From Neoroseomonas eburnea (GTDB taxonomy: Bacteria > Pseudomonadota > Alphaproteobacteria > Acetobacterales > Acetobacteraceae), in the NCBI RefSeq assembly GCF_018129005.1, contig NZ_JAAEDL010000002.1, positions 77,897 to 141,896 of the forward strand: a stretch of 64,000 bases of DNA, written 5' to 3'. This document shows positions 52,395 to 61,587 of the stretch, one piece after another. The notes under the pieces were generated by a model. It made no database searches, was not told the origin of the DNA, and saw nothing but the letters and a program-made list of their open reading frames with translations. Within the stretch, counting starts at the first letter, position 1, and each line of letters opens with the position of its first letter. The position numbers were made by a program, and so were the translations under genes.

Positions 52395-52812
52395 GGCGTC
52401 GCGCGACAAGGGCCTGCGCCGCGAGCGGGCCATCGTCGATGTCCATCGCAAATCCGGCATCCACGCCGAACGCGTGCCGCTGTCGGGGGCGCTCGGCTAC
52501 CGCGGCAACGATGCCGACGTCGATCTCTATGTGCGCGGCGCCGATCCGGTGAAAGCCGAGGTCAAGGCGCGTGCTGATGGGGCCGGGTTCAAGACCCTGC
52601 TGCGCTGGCTCGGGACCAAGGACGCGCTGGTGCTGATCCAGGACCGCACGATGCCCCTGGTCGTCGTCCGGTTCGACGTCTGGCTCGAGATTGCCCGGCG
52701 CAGTGCGCTGCTGCGGGATCCCGATGGCGATCGTGACCGCGATGAGCGTCGCCGCTCCGCCGAGCAGGGCCCGCTTCCGCCAACCGATGCCATCGCGCGG
52801 GAGGCCGCATGA
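52387..52812 (+). CDS. Holliday-junction-resolvase-like (Hjc/PD-(D/E)XK-type) phage protein
   Basis: KGLRRERAIVDVHRKSGIHAERVPLSG...DADVDLYV...AEVKAR follows the E...D-x-D/E-x-K layout of archaeal Hjc-type resolvases. This is an inference from motif spacing only. Confidence 0.4.
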   Translation: MGKASRDKGLRRERAIVDVHRKSGIHAERVPLSGALGYRGNDADVDLYVRGADPVKAEVKARADGAGFKTLLRWLGTKDALVLIQDRTMPLVVVRFDVWLEIARRSALLRDPDGDRDRDERRRSAEQGPLPPTDAIAREAA

Positions 52813-52945
52813 GCCGCCGCCCCCTCCGTGTCCGTCACCTGCAGCGTGCGCGCGATCTCGCCCGCACCGCCGCCGGTGGCGCCGTCCTAGCCGGCGGCTT
52901 CCTCGCCCTCTGCTGGGCCGTCGGCCTCGCCTCGATCCCCTGAGC
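52809..52945 (+). CDS. Small predicted membrane protein (45 aa), translationally coupled (ATGA) to the upstream gene
   Basis: MSRRPLRVRHLQRARDLARTAAGGAVLAGGFLALCWAVGLASIP has a basic N-terminus and one TM helix. It is absent from the supplied ORF track because of the length cut-off. Confidence 0.3.
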
Positions 52946-52971
52946 CATCCCCGCCTTCCGGAGACCCCTCG

Positions 52972-53445
52972 ATGAGCAACCGAACCACCCTGACCGATCT
53001 GCGCGGCATGGATGCCGGCCAGGCGTCCCGTCTGCCGCCCGCGCATCTCGCCCTCCTGCTGGAGGACGCCGCCGCGCTGCGCGCCGATGCGAAGCACGTC
53101 TCCGACCTGCTCGCCGACGCCCTGCATCGGCGCTACGGCCGTGTCGCCGCCGAGCGCCGGCAGGCCGAGGGTAAGGACACCGGGCGCGTCCGCTTCCTCG
53201 ACGCCGGCTTCGAGATCTCCGCCGATCTGCCCAAGCGCGTGGAGTGGGACCAGGAGCGCCTCGCCGCGGCAATCGCGACGCTCCGCAGCTGGGGTGAGGA
53301 TCCGGCGGACTACGTCGCCACCGAGATCAAGGTCCCCGAAAGCCGCTTCACCGCCTGGCCGCCGAAGCTGCAGGCGCTGTTCCAGCCCGCCCGGACCGTC
53401 GGCACCGGCCGCCCTTCCTACAGCCTCGAACAGGCGGAGTGCTGA
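52972..53445 (+). CDS. Hypothetical phage protein (157 aa) preceding the recombination module
   Basis: An RBS-spaced ATG and no overlap with the neighbouring genes. No family I can name. Confidence 0.45.
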   Translation: MSNRTTLTDLRGMDAGQASRLPPAHLALLLEDAAALRADAKHVSDLLADALHRRYGRVAAERRQAEGKDTGRVRFLDAGFEISADLPKRVEWDQERLAAAIATLRSWGEDPADYVATEIKVPESRFTAWPPKLQALFQPARTVGTGRPSYSLEQAEC

Positions 53446-53447
53446 GC

Positions 53448-53636
53448 ATGACCCACGAACTGCGCATCCGCGTCGCGATCCCGCTGGAGGGCGACGCCAT
53501 CGCCCGCGCGAAGGAGGTCGCCGCCTTCGAGGAGACGCTGGACGGCTTCGCCGAGGCGGTCGCCCGCGCCGGCGGCGACATCAGCGTCGACGTCATCAAG
53601 GCCAAGCCCCGCGCGCCGAAGCAGGAGACGCATTGA
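53448..53636 (+). CDS. Small hypothetical phage protein (62 aa)
   Basis: ATG lies 3 nt after the upstream stop. Its own stop overlaps the next start (TGATG). Confidence 0.35.
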   Translation: MTHELRIRVAIPLEGDAIARAKEVAAFEETLDGFAEAVARAGGDISVDVIKAKPRAPKQETH

Positions 53637-54430
53637 TGGCGATCTCCCTCGCCTCCCTGCGTCGCAGCGGCGACGCGCGGCCGCCGCGCCTTCTCGTCTA
53701 TGGCGTCGCCGGCATCGGCAAGACCCAGCTCGCTGCCAGCGCCCCGGCGCCGGTCTTCCTGCAGACGGAGGACGGGCTCGGCACCATCGCGGCCGACACC
53801 TTCGGCCTGTTGCGCGGCTTTGATTCGGTGATGGAGGCGATCACCAGCCTCTACACCGAGCCCCACGACTTCCAGACCGTGGTGCTCGACAGCCTCGATT
53901 GGCTGGAGCCCCTGATCTGGCAGCACACCGCCGAGGCCAATGGCTGGAAGGACATCGAGCAGCCCGGCTACGGCAAGGGCTATGTCGCGGCGCTCGATGC
54001 CTGGCGCGCCTTCCTCGATGGCATCAATGGGCTGCGCGACGACCGCGGCATGGCGGTGATCCTCATCGCCCACGCCGACATCCGGCGCTTCGACAGCCCG
54101 GAGACGGAACCCTACGACCGCTACCAGCCGAAGCTCCATGCCCGGGCCGCCGCGCTGGTGCAGGAACATGTCGATGCGGTGCTCTTCGCGAACTACCGCA
54201 TCACCACGCTGAAGTCGGACGCCGGCTTCGGCAAGAAGGTCGTCCGCGGCGTCACCGGCGGCGACCGCCTGCTGCACACCGTCGAGCGCCCGGCCTTCCT
54301 CGCCAAGAACCGCTTCGCCCTGCCGGAGAGCCTCGCGCTCGACTGGCCGACGCTCGCCGCCGGCATCCCCTTCTACGGCGCTCCCAGCACCTCCTCCCCA
54401 ACGCCGACCGCCCCGACCGACAGGAGCTGA
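53636..54430 (+). CDS. Phage Sak4-like/RecA-superfamily ATPase
   Basis: Walker A is LLVYGVAGIGKTQLA. Walker B is like QTVVLDSL, followed by AVILIAHAD. The size and position before an SSB-like gene match Sak4-type recombination ATPases. Confidence 0.6.
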   Translation: MAISLASLRRSGDARPPRLLVYGVAGIGKTQLAASAPAPVFLQTEDGLGTIAADTFGLLRGFDSVMEAITSLYTEPHDFQTVVLDSLDWLEPLIWQHTAEANGWKDIEQPGYGKGYVAALDAWRAFLDGINGLRDDRGMAVILIAHADIRRFDSPETEPYDRYQPKLHARAAALVQEHVDAVLFANYRITTLKSDAGFGKKVVRGVTGGDRLLHTVERPAFLAKNRFALPESLALDWPTLAAGIPFYGAPSTSSPTPTAPTDRS

Positions 54431-54433
54431 GCC

Positions 54434-54967
54434 ATGGCCTCCCTCAACGGCACCTTCGACGCGACCGGCGTCGCCCCCGCCCAGCCGATGGATCCGCTGC
54501 CGGCGGGGAAGTACCGGGCGCACATCATCGAGAGCGAACTGCTGCCGACGCGCTCGGGCGACGGCCAGTACCTCAAGCTGGTGCTCGAGGTGCTCGACGG
54601 CCCCTACGCCCGGCGCAAGCTGTGGGATCAGCTGAACCTGGTGAACGCGAGCACCCAGACCATGGAGATCGCGCAGCGGACGCTGTCGGCGATCTGCCAT
54701 GCGGTTGGGCAGATGCAGGTCGCCGACAGCGAGCAGCTGCACTTCAAGCCGATGCTGGTCAGCGTGAAGTACGAGCCGGCGGGCACCGACAAGCACGGCG
54801 TCTTCCATCAGGCCCGCAACAAGATCACCGGCTATGCGGCGGAGCGTGCCACGCCGGGGCTCGCGTCAGCCCCCGCACCACGCGGCCCGGCGCCCGCTCC
54901 GGCCGCCGCGGCAGCGCCGCCGCCCCGGCCGGCGACCGCCACGCCGCCCTGGCGCCGCAGCGCCTGA
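54434..54967 (+). CDS. DUF669-like phage single-strand DNA-binding/annealing-associated protein
   Basis: PAGKYRAHIIESELLPTRSGDGQYLKLVLEVLDGPYARRKLWDQLNLVN fits the DUF669 pattern. A Pro/Ala-rich C-terminal tail is present. Confidence 0.5.
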   Translation: MASLNGTFDATGVAPAQPMDPLPAGKYRAHIIESELLPTRSGDGQYLKLVLEVLDGPYARRKLWDQLNLVNASTQTMEIAQRTLSAICHAVGQMQVADSEQLHFKPMLVSVKYEPAGTDKHGVFHQARNKITGYAAERATPGLASAPAPRGPAPAPAAAAAPPPRPATATPPWRRSA

Positions 54968-54979
54968 CGCGGGGTTGCC

Positions 54980-55909
54980 ATGGCCGTGCTGCCGCCTCCG
55001 CCCGCCGCGACTGTCGCCGCCATCTACGCCGCCTATGAGGCGGCGGGCGATGCCGGCTGGCGGACTCATCTCGGCGCCTCGCAGATCGGCACGGGCTGCG
55101 AGCGCGCCCTTTGGTACGGCTTTCGATGGGCGACGCGCGCACGGCACACAGGTCGGCTCCTGCGGCTGTTCGAGACCGGGAATCTCGCCGAGGCACGCTT
55201 CGTCGCCGACCTCCGGCGTATCGGCGTCACCGTGCTCGACATCGATCCGACGACCGGGCGCCAGTGGACGCTGCGTGACCCCACCGGCCACTTCGGCGGC
55301 AGCATGGATGCGGTCGGCATCGGCTTTCCCGAGGCGCCGAAGGCTTGGCATGTCGTCGAGTTCAAGACGCACAGCACCAAGTCCTTCGCCAAGCTGACAG
55401 CGGAGGGAGTGGAGAAAGCCAGGCCACTGCACTGGGCACAGATGCAGGCCTACATGCATCTCGCCGGACTGGAGCGGGCCTTCTACCTCGCGGTCAACAA
55501 GGACACCGACGAGCTCTACCAGGAACGCATCCGCCATGATGCCGAAGCTGGGATGCGGCTCCTGGCGAAGGCGCAGCGCATCATCGCCGCCGTCCGGCCG
55601 CCGGCCCGGATCAGCGAAGATCCCGCCTGGTGGGAATGCCGCTTCTGCGACCATCACGCTGTCTGCCACGAGGGCGCCGCTCCCGAACGCCACTGCCGCT
55701 CCTGCCTGCACGTCTCGCCTGTCGCGGAGGGCGGCTGGCACTGCACGCGCCATGGCACGCCGCTGGCGCGGCGCGAGCAGGAGGCCGGCTGCGCGGCGCA
55801 TCTCTACATCCCTGACCTGGTGCCGGGCGAGCAGGTCGACGCCGGGGAGGATTGGGTCAGCTATCGCCTGCCGGACGGCAGCGCGTGGCGCGATGGGGTG
55901 GCAGCATGA
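54980..55909 (+). CDS. PD-(D/E)XK-family nuclease with C-terminal Cys cluster (Cas4/YqaJ-like phage exonuclease)
   Basis: The nuclease core is GSMDAVGIGF...WHVVEFKTHS (the D...E-x-K layout). The C-terminus has WWECRFCDHHAVCHEG...CRSCLHV...WHCTRHG (an Fe-S-type Cys cluster). Confidence 0.65.
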   Translation: MAVLPPPPAATVAAIYAAYEAAGDAGWRTHLGASQIGTGCERALWYGFRWATRARHTGRLLRLFETGNLAEARFVADLRRIGVTVLDIDPTTGRQWTLRDPTGHFGGSMDAVGIGFPEAPKAWHVVEFKTHSTKSFAKLTAEGVEKARPLHWAQMQAYMHLAGLERAFYLAVNKDTDELYQERIRHDAEAGMRLLAKAQRIIAAVRPPARISEDPAWWECRFCDHHAVCHEGAAPERHCRSCLHVSPVAEGGWHCTRHGTPLARREQEAGCAAHLYIPDLVPGEQVDAGEDWVSYRLPDGSAWRDGVAA

Positions 55910-57489
55910 CCCTGTCGCTGCGGCCCTATCAGCGCGCCGCGATCGACGCGCTCTACGACTACTTCGGCGGCGCCACCGGCAATCCGCTCGTGGTGATGCC
56001 CACCGGCACGGGGAAGTCGGTCGTCATCGGCGGATTCATCCGCGAGGCGATCGCCGCCTATGCCGACACCCGCGTGCTCGTCCTGACCCATGTGAAGGAG
56101 CTGATCCAGCAGAACTTCATGGCGCTGCTGCGCGCCTGGCCCGAGGCGCCGGCGGGCATCTACTCGGCCGGCCTGTCGCGGCGCGACATCCGGGCGCAGG
56201 TGCTGTTCGCCGGGATCCAGTCCATCCACCGCCATGCCCGGCAGGTGCAGCGCTGCGACCTGGTGCTGATCGACGAGGCCCACCTGCTCGGGCGCAGCGA
56301 CAGCGGCATGTATCGCTCCTTCCTGCAGCAGCTGAACGAGATCAATGGCGGGCTGCTCAAGGTGGTGGGCTTCACGGCAACGCCGTACCGGCTCGACAGT
56401 GGACTGCTGCACGAGGGCAAGGATCGGCTGTTCACCGACATCGCCTTCGAGGTGCCGGTGCTGGAGATGATCCAGCAGGGCTATCTCTGCCCGGTCGTGC
56501 CGAAGCACACCGAGACGCAGCTCGACGTCGGCGGCGTCGGCACCCGTGGCGGGGAGTTCATCGCCAAGGACCTCGAGGCGGCGGTCGACCGCGACGAGGT
56601 CACGCGGGCGGCGGTGGCGGAGATCGTCCAGCACGGCCAGGGCCGCGGCTCCTGGCTGGTCTTCTGCTCCGGCGTCGCCCACGCGCGACACGTCCGCGAC
56701 GCCATCCGCGAGCACGGTATCTCGTGCGAGACGGTGACGGGGGACACCTCCGCGCCCGAGCGCGACAGCATCCTCGCCGCCTTCAAGGCGGGGCGGTTGC
56801 GCTGCGTCACCAACGCCAACGTGCTCACCACCGGCTTTGACGCGCCGGGCACCGACCTCATCGCCCTTCTGCGGCCCACGAAGAGCGTCGGCCTCTACGT
56901 GCAGATGGTCGGTCGCGGCACGCGTCTCGCGGAGGGCAAGGATGACTGCCTAGTCCTCGACTTCGCCGGCAACACGGCGCGGCACGGGCCGATCGACAAG
57001 GTGGATGGCCGCAGGAAGGAACCGACCGGTGATGGCGAGGCGCCGATCAAGGTCTGCCCCGAATGCCAGACCATCAACCATGCCAGCGTCCGGCACTGCA
57101 TCGAGTGCGACTACGAGTTCCCGCCGCCGGAGGTGAAGGTCGCGGCGCAGGCGGCATCGAACGCTCTCCTGTCGATCCAGGAGCAGGCCGCGTGGTGCGA
57201 GGTGACGGGCATCCGCTACGCCCGCCACGAGAAGCCCGGCAAGCCCGCCTCGCTCCGCGTGATCTACGAGTGCGGCCTCACCTCGCACAGCGAATGGGTC
57301 TGCTTCGAGCACACCGGCTTCCCGCGCGACAAGGCGTGCACATGGTGGCGTCGCCGTGCACCGCATCTGCCGCCGCCGGACACGGTGGAGCAGGCGATGG
57401 CCGCGACCAGTGCGCTGCGCCAGCCGATCGCCATCCAGGTTCGCCCGGTCGGCCAATACACCGAGATCGTCAACGCGAGGTTCGTGTGA
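55906..57489 (+). CDS. SF2 DEAD/DEAH-box helicase with C-terminal zinc ribbon (phage-type)
   Basis: Motif I is VVMPTGTGKSVV. Motif II is LVLIDEAHLL. Motif VI is VQMVGRGTRL. The zinc ribbon is CPECQTINHASVRHCIECDY. ATG overlaps the nuclease stop (ATGA). Confidence 0.85.
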   Translation: MTLSLRPYQRAAIDALYDYFGGATGNPLVVMPTGTGKSVVIGGFIREAIAAYADTRVLVLTHVKELIQQNFMALLRAWPEAPAGIYSAGLSRRDIRAQVLFAGIQSIHRHARQVQRCDLVLIDEAHLLGRSDSGMYRSFLQQLNEINGGLLKVVGFTATPYRLDSGLLHEGKDRLFTDIAFEVPVLEMIQQGYLCPVVPKHTETQLDVGGVGTRGGEFIAKDLEAAVDRDEVTRAAVAEIVQHGQGRGSWLVFCSGVAHARHVRDAIREHGISCETVTGDTSAPERDSILAAFKAGRLRCVTNANVLTTGFDAPGTDLIALLRPTKSVGLYVQMVGRGTRLAEGKDDCLVLDFAGNTARHGPIDKVDGRRKEPTGDGEAPIKVCPECQTINHASVRHCIECDYEFPPPEVKVAAQAASNALLSIQEQAAWCEVTGIRYARHEKPGKPASLRVIYECGLTSHSEWVCFEHTGFPRDKACTWWRRRAPHLPPPDTVEQAMAATSALRQPIAIQVRPVGQYTEIVNARFV

Positions 57490-58001
57490 TGAACGCACCA
57501 TGGAGGCGCGCACCTGCGCCGACCCCGGAAGTCTCGTCGCCGATGACCGAGACGGACAAGACCGACGAAAAGAGGAAACGCAAGCGCGCGCAGCAAAGGG
57601 AGTGGGCGCGAAAGAAGCGGGCTGTCGACCCCGAGAGGTTCCGGGAGGCGTACCGGCGATGGTTGGCCGCGAACCCTGAAAAGGCTCGTGAAGCGACACG
57701 TCGCTGGCAAGCGGCGAATCCAGACAAGGCACTCGCAAACGAGGTGCTGCGACGCGAGCAAAACAGGGAGAAACTGGCCGCCGATGCCGCCGCGCGCAGG
57801 AAAGCGGATCCAGAGAAATATCGTGAAGCTGCGCGCAAGTACCGCGCCGAACATCGAGAAGAGCTGGCCGCCGCAGCAGCTGCGCGACGGAGAGCCGATC
57901 CAGAAAAGTATCGTGAGGCTGTGCGCAGGTACCGCGCCGAAAACAAAGAAAAACTGGCCGAGCAACGGCGCGTGCGCCGTGCTGCAAAAAAGGCTGAGTA
58001 G
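57489..58001 (+). CDS. Highly charged tandem-repeat protein (K/R/E-rich, about 29-aa repeats)
   Basis: The unit RRKADPEKYREAARKYRAEHREELAAAAAA is followed by the near-identical unit RRRADPEKYREAVRRYRAENKEKLAEQRR, preceded by three degenerate copies (DPERFREAYRRW, NPEKAREATRRW, NPDKALANEV). At the DNA level it is a direct repeat of about 87 bp twice at 57790-57965. Confidence 0.5.
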   Translation: MNAPWRRAPAPTPEVSSPMTETDKTDEKRKRKRAQQREWARKKRAVDPERFREAYRRWLAANPEKAREATRRWQAANPDKALANEVLRREQNREKLAADAAARRKADPEKYREAARKYRAEHREELAAAAAARRRADPEKYREAVRRYRAENKEKLAEQRRVRRAAKKAE

Positions 58002-58144
58002 CCGCAGACGGATGAATGAAATGCTGCACCTGCAGACGCCCTGCCTGGCACTGGCTGTGGTGGCACCCAGCGCGGTCGCTGCGCGTCCATTGGACAGTGC
58101 TGTCCTGCTCGCCGACGTGCCTGGCTCTCTGGCCGGAGCGCCGC

Positions 58145-58366
58145 ATGGTTGACCCGAACGAGCAGGAGGTCGCAGCGATGCGCGCGGCCGGAGACATCGC
58201 CGGGCAGTACATCGAGGCGGTCGGCCGCAGCGATATGGCGACCTGGTCGGCGGAAGACTGGCGCGGCTTTATCGAGGCGATCTGCGGCGCCTATGTCGAC
58301 TGCCTGGTCGAGCAGCAGGTCGCGATCAATCAGGCGCTGCACAAAGTGCAGGGGCTGCCGGGATGA
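58145..58366 (+). CDS. Small hypothetical phage protein (73 aa)
   Basis: MVDPNEQEVAAMRAAGDIAGQYIEAVGRSDMATWSAEDWRGFIEAICGAYVDCLVEQQ. Its stop overlaps the primase start. Confidence 0.35.
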   Translation: MVDPNEQEVAAMRAAGDIAGQYIEAVGRSDMATWSAEDWRGFIEAICGAYVDCLVEQQVAINQALHKVQGLPG

Positions 58367-60711
58367 CGATGCACGCCTCCTTCATGGCGGAGCACGGGGC
58401 ACGCCTGGCCGACAACGGCTATGCCGTCATCCCCATCATGCCAGGCGCCAAGGTGCCGGGACGCTGCAGCGGGGGTGAGTGGACGCCGTATCCCGACTGG
58501 TCACGGCACGCCGACCGGCCGACGAAGCCGTTCGAGATCGACATCTGGCAGCGCTGGCCTGGCTGCGGCGTCGGCATCGCCTGTGGCACGGTGGTCGGGC
58601 TCGATATCGATGTCACCGATGCGGCGCTCGCGATCCAGCTCACGGATCTCGCGACGGAGATATTCGGCGATACGCCCTGCCTCCGCATCGGCCAGGCACC
58701 GAAGCGGCTGCTGGTCTACCGCGCTGAGACACCCTTCGCCGGCCGGAAGCGCCATCCGCTCGAGGTCCTGGCACGCGGGCAGCAGTTCGTCGCCCACGCG
58801 ATCCATCCCGCCACCGGCCAGCCCTATAGCTGGCCGCAAGACAGCCTGCTCGACGTGCCGCTGGCGTCGCTGCCCGCGGTCACCGAGGCGCAAGTCATGG
58901 CCTGGCTCGACCAGGCCTATGCGCTGATCCCGGCGGAGATGAAGCCGCGCACCCTGATGGCCGACAGCGCGCCGGCCGGCGCGTGGAAGGGCCCGTCCGA
59001 TCCGCGCGGCACCTTCGAGGCGGTGCAGTCCGCCCTGCAGTTCATCCCGAACGAGGATCTCGACGGCGCCTCCTGGATCACCATGGGCGCGGCGATCAAG
59101 GCGTCGCTTGGCGAGGAGGGTCGGCAGCTCTGGCTGGACTGGTCCCGCCAGGCTTCGAAGTCGGGCGCTTCCGGGCGCAGCGACACGCCGGAGCGGCGCT
59201 GGAAGACGCTGCGCCCGCACAGCATCGGCGCCGGCAGCATCTACGCCATGGCGATCGAGCGCGGCTGGGTACCGCCGGCGGAGATCACCCTGAACGCCGC
59301 GGCGGCCGAACGCGCGGCGCAGCCCCATCCCGCAGCTGCCTTCCTCGCGACGTTGAACGCGAACCGCGCGAACCAGGCGGCTGAGCCGCTTCCGGTGCCC
59401 GCCAGCATCCTGCAGCCCGGCGGTGTCTTGCAGATGCTGGTCGAGGAATGCGTCAGAAGCGCGTTGCGACCTCAACCATTCCTGGCGCTCGGCGCCGCCA
59501 TTTGCGCCGTGGGCGCGCTCGCCGGGCGGAAGTACCGCACCAGCACAGACCTCCGCACCAATATCTACATCGCGGCCGTGGCTGAGAGCGGCGGAGGGAA
59601 GGATCACGCGCCGGAGGTGATCCGGCGGTGCTTCGATCTGGCGCGATTGGAGCGATACCTGGGCGGCGAGAACATCGCTTCAGGGCGCGGCATGCTGTCC
59701 TCCTTGGAGCAGCATCCCGCACGGCTATTCCAGATCGATGAATTCGGCCTGTTCCTCGGCACCGTCACGGGAGGCAGGGCTCCGGCGCACAAGGCTGAGA
59801 TCTGGTCCGAGCTCATGAAGCTCTACAGCCGTGCCAAGGGCATCTATCGCGGCACGGAATACGCCGACAAGAAGGACGCGCCGCGCGTCGACATTCACCA
59901 GCCCTGCGTCTGTTTCTACGGCACCACCACGCCCTCGACCTTTTGGAAGGCGCTGGAGGGCGGCGCGATGATGGACGGCTCGCTCGCGCGTTTCCTTGTG
60001 TTCGTGACCGACGTGGACCGGCCCGAGCGGAACCGGGGGGCTGGCATCGTCGCGCCGCCGGCAGGCTTGCTCGAGGCGCTGAAGGCTATCGCGCGCGGGC
60101 AAGGTGATCCGCCAGCACTCGGGAACCTCCCTGATGTGCACGTGGTGCCGATGTCGGCGACCGAGGAGCCCACGCCCTTCACCGTCCCACTCAGCGTCGA
60201 GGCAGAGGCAATCCAGGAGCGGAAGTTGGCGGAAGAGGACGCTTGGGCACGCCGCGTCGCCGGCACGCCGCAGGCAGCCATCGTTAATCGCCTGGGCGAG
60301 AATGCCAGCAAACTAGCGTTGATCTGCGCCATCAGCCGAGATCCGGCCCATCCGCAGATGACCGAGGCTGACGTGACCTGGGGCTGGGCGCTGGCCGAGC
60401 ATTGCGCCAGGACCGTGCTGCGCGATGCCCAGCGCTTCCTCGCCGACAGCGAGTTCGAGAAGCGGCTGAACAAGGCCATCCACATCATCGGCAAGCATGG
60501 TCCGTGCAGCCGGCGCGACCTGTTCCACAAGGGGCTCAAGCTCACCGCACGGGAGTTCGGCGAGGTGATCGACGCATTGGTGAGCAACGGTGTGGCCGTC
60601 GAAACGCCGCCGCCGCCTTACAGCGGCGTCGGCCGCCCTCCGGGCCCGCGATACGTCCTGGTCCAGCCCAACAGCGAGATGGCGGCCGAGCAGGCCGCGG
60701 AAGACGAGTAA
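58363..60711 (+). CDS. Phage/plasmid replication protein: bifunctional DNA primase/polymerase (Prim-Pol) N-terminal domain plus DUF3987-like C-terminal half
   Basis: N-terminal NGYAVIPIMPGAKVP...CGVGIACGTVVGLDIDV matches the Prim-Pol N-terminal domain. A central PriCT-like region is WITMGAAIKASLGEEG. The C-terminal half, about 400 aa, resembles DUF3987/D5-N-type primase-associated domains. Confidence 0.75.
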   Translation: MTMHASFMAEHGARLADNGYAVIPIMPGAKVPGRCSGGEWTPYPDWSRHADRPTKPFEIDIWQRWPGCGVGIACGTVVGLDIDVTDAALAIQLTDLATEIFGDTPCLRIGQAPKRLLVYRAETPFAGRKRHPLEVLARGQQFVAHAIHPATGQPYSWPQDSLLDVPLASLPAVTEAQVMAWLDQAYALIPAEMKPRTLMADSAPAGAWKGPSDPRGTFEAVQSALQFIPNEDLDGASWITMGAAIKASLGEEGRQLWLDWSRQASKSGASGRSDTPERRWKTLRPHSIGAGSIYAMAIERGWVPPAEITLNAAAAERAAQPHPAAAFLATLNANRANQAAEPLPVPASILQPGGVLQMLVEECVRSALRPQPFLALGAAICAVGALAGRKYRTSTDLRTNIYIAAVAESGGGKDHAPEVIRRCFDLARLERYLGGENIASGRGMLSSLEQHPARLFQIDEFGLFLGTVTGGRAPAHKAEIWSELMKLYSRAKGIYRGTEYADKKDAPRVDIHQPCVCFYGTTTPSTFWKALEGGAMMDGSLARFLVFVTDVDRPERNRGAGIVAPPAGLLEALKAIARGQGDPPALGNLPDVHVVPMSATEEPTPFTVPLSVEAEAIQERKLAEEDAWARRVAGTPQAAIVNRLGENASKLALICAISRDPAHPQMTEADVTWGWALAEHCARTVLRDAQRFLADSEFEKRLNKAIHIIGKHGPCSRRDLFHKGLKLTAREFGEVIDALVSNGVAVETPPPPYSGVGRPPGPRYVLVQPNSEMAAEQAAEDE

Positions 60712-60740
60712 CGAAAGGCAGCCGCTGATGACCAAGTCAT

Positions 60741-60884
60741 TGAAAACAGGCTTCTGTGCCTTCTGTGATTTCGTGCGCGGGCGCGGGGGTAAGACCCCTC
60801 CTCACGCAGGCACGGGCGCAGATCAGGACACCCCGCTACATAATCACAGAAGTAACAATATTATATATATCAATGAGATAGGAG
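60741..60884. other. Non-coding segment with a 10-bp inverted repeat bracketing a GC-rich core, followed by a strongly AT-rich tract (candidate phage promoter/ori/pac-type signal)
   Basis: cttctgtg occurs twice (60741, 60750), and ttctgtgatt (60751-60760) is the reverse complement of aatcacagaa (60842-60851). It is followed by taacaatattatatatatcaatgagatagg, which is less than 25% GC in a genome of about 68% GC. Confidence 0.35.
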
Positions 60885-60916
60885 GGTGTTCCGTGCCAGC
60901 CAGGGGGATTGCGTAG

Positions 60917-61363
60917 ATGCCGCTTCCCACCCGGCAGCGCCGCGCCCTGGAGATTAATGAAAGCGCGGAGCACGCGCGCGCCAAGCGCCGCCTGGCGCGG
61001 TGGCTGACCGCCCCGATTGCGGGATCGCGCGAGCCGCCGACGTACCGCGTCATGCTCGAATACCCCTTCACCGAGGGCGGCGGCGGCGTGATCGCGTGGG
61101 AGGCCCGCGGGTTCGGCCGTAAGCCAACCATCCCTATGCTGCGCAAGCGGTCCGGAGCGCTGATCTGCATCTGCGACCTGGTGCTGATCGAGGGGCAGAC
61201 CGTGACGACGGCGGTCGAAGTCGTGAAGACCAACGTGACGCCGCCCTGGAAGATTGGCTGGCTCCGATCACATGGCGTGGAGGTCTACGAGGCCAGCGCC
61301 GAGGCGATCCTGGAACACAACGGCAAGCCAGCGTCGCTCGACGCGCTGATGGTGCTCGCATGA
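60917..61363 (+). CDS. Hypothetical phage protein, possible VRR-NUC/PD-(D/E)XK-like small nuclease
   Basis: ICDLVLIEGQTVTTAVEVVK shows a D...E-V-K arrangement like small VRR-NUC nucleases. 148 aa. Weak inference. Confidence 0.35.
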   Translation: MPLPTRQRRALEINESAEHARAKRRLARWLTAPIAGSREPPTYRVMLEYPFTEGGGGVIAWEARGFGRKPTIPMLRKRSGALICICDLVLIEGQTVTTAVEVVKTNVTPPWKIGWLRSHGVEVYEASAEAILEHNGKPASLDALMVLA

Positions 61364-61587
61364 CCCTGCCAGGCGCTCCGCGACCGCCACGGTCGTCCCT
61401 CGACCTTGCCCGCAGCCCGACGACCAGCCCCGAGATGGAAGCCCTGCGCCGGCGCGTCTGGCGCGACCAGGGCGTGGTCTCGCTGGCGATCGACGACATC
61501 ACCGACCCCTGGCTGCGCCAGGCTGTCCAGAACGAAGCCACGCGGCGCTGGGGGCCGCGGAACGGAGGCGGTCAGCATGGCCGGTAA
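61360..61587 (+). CDS. Small hypothetical phage protein (75 aa)
   Basis: ATG overlaps the upstream stop (ATGA). Its stop overlaps the next start. Confidence 0.3.
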   Translation: MTLPGAPRPPRSSLDLARSPTTSPEMEALRRRVWRDQGVVSLAIDDITDPWLRQAVQNEATRRWGPRNGGGQHGR

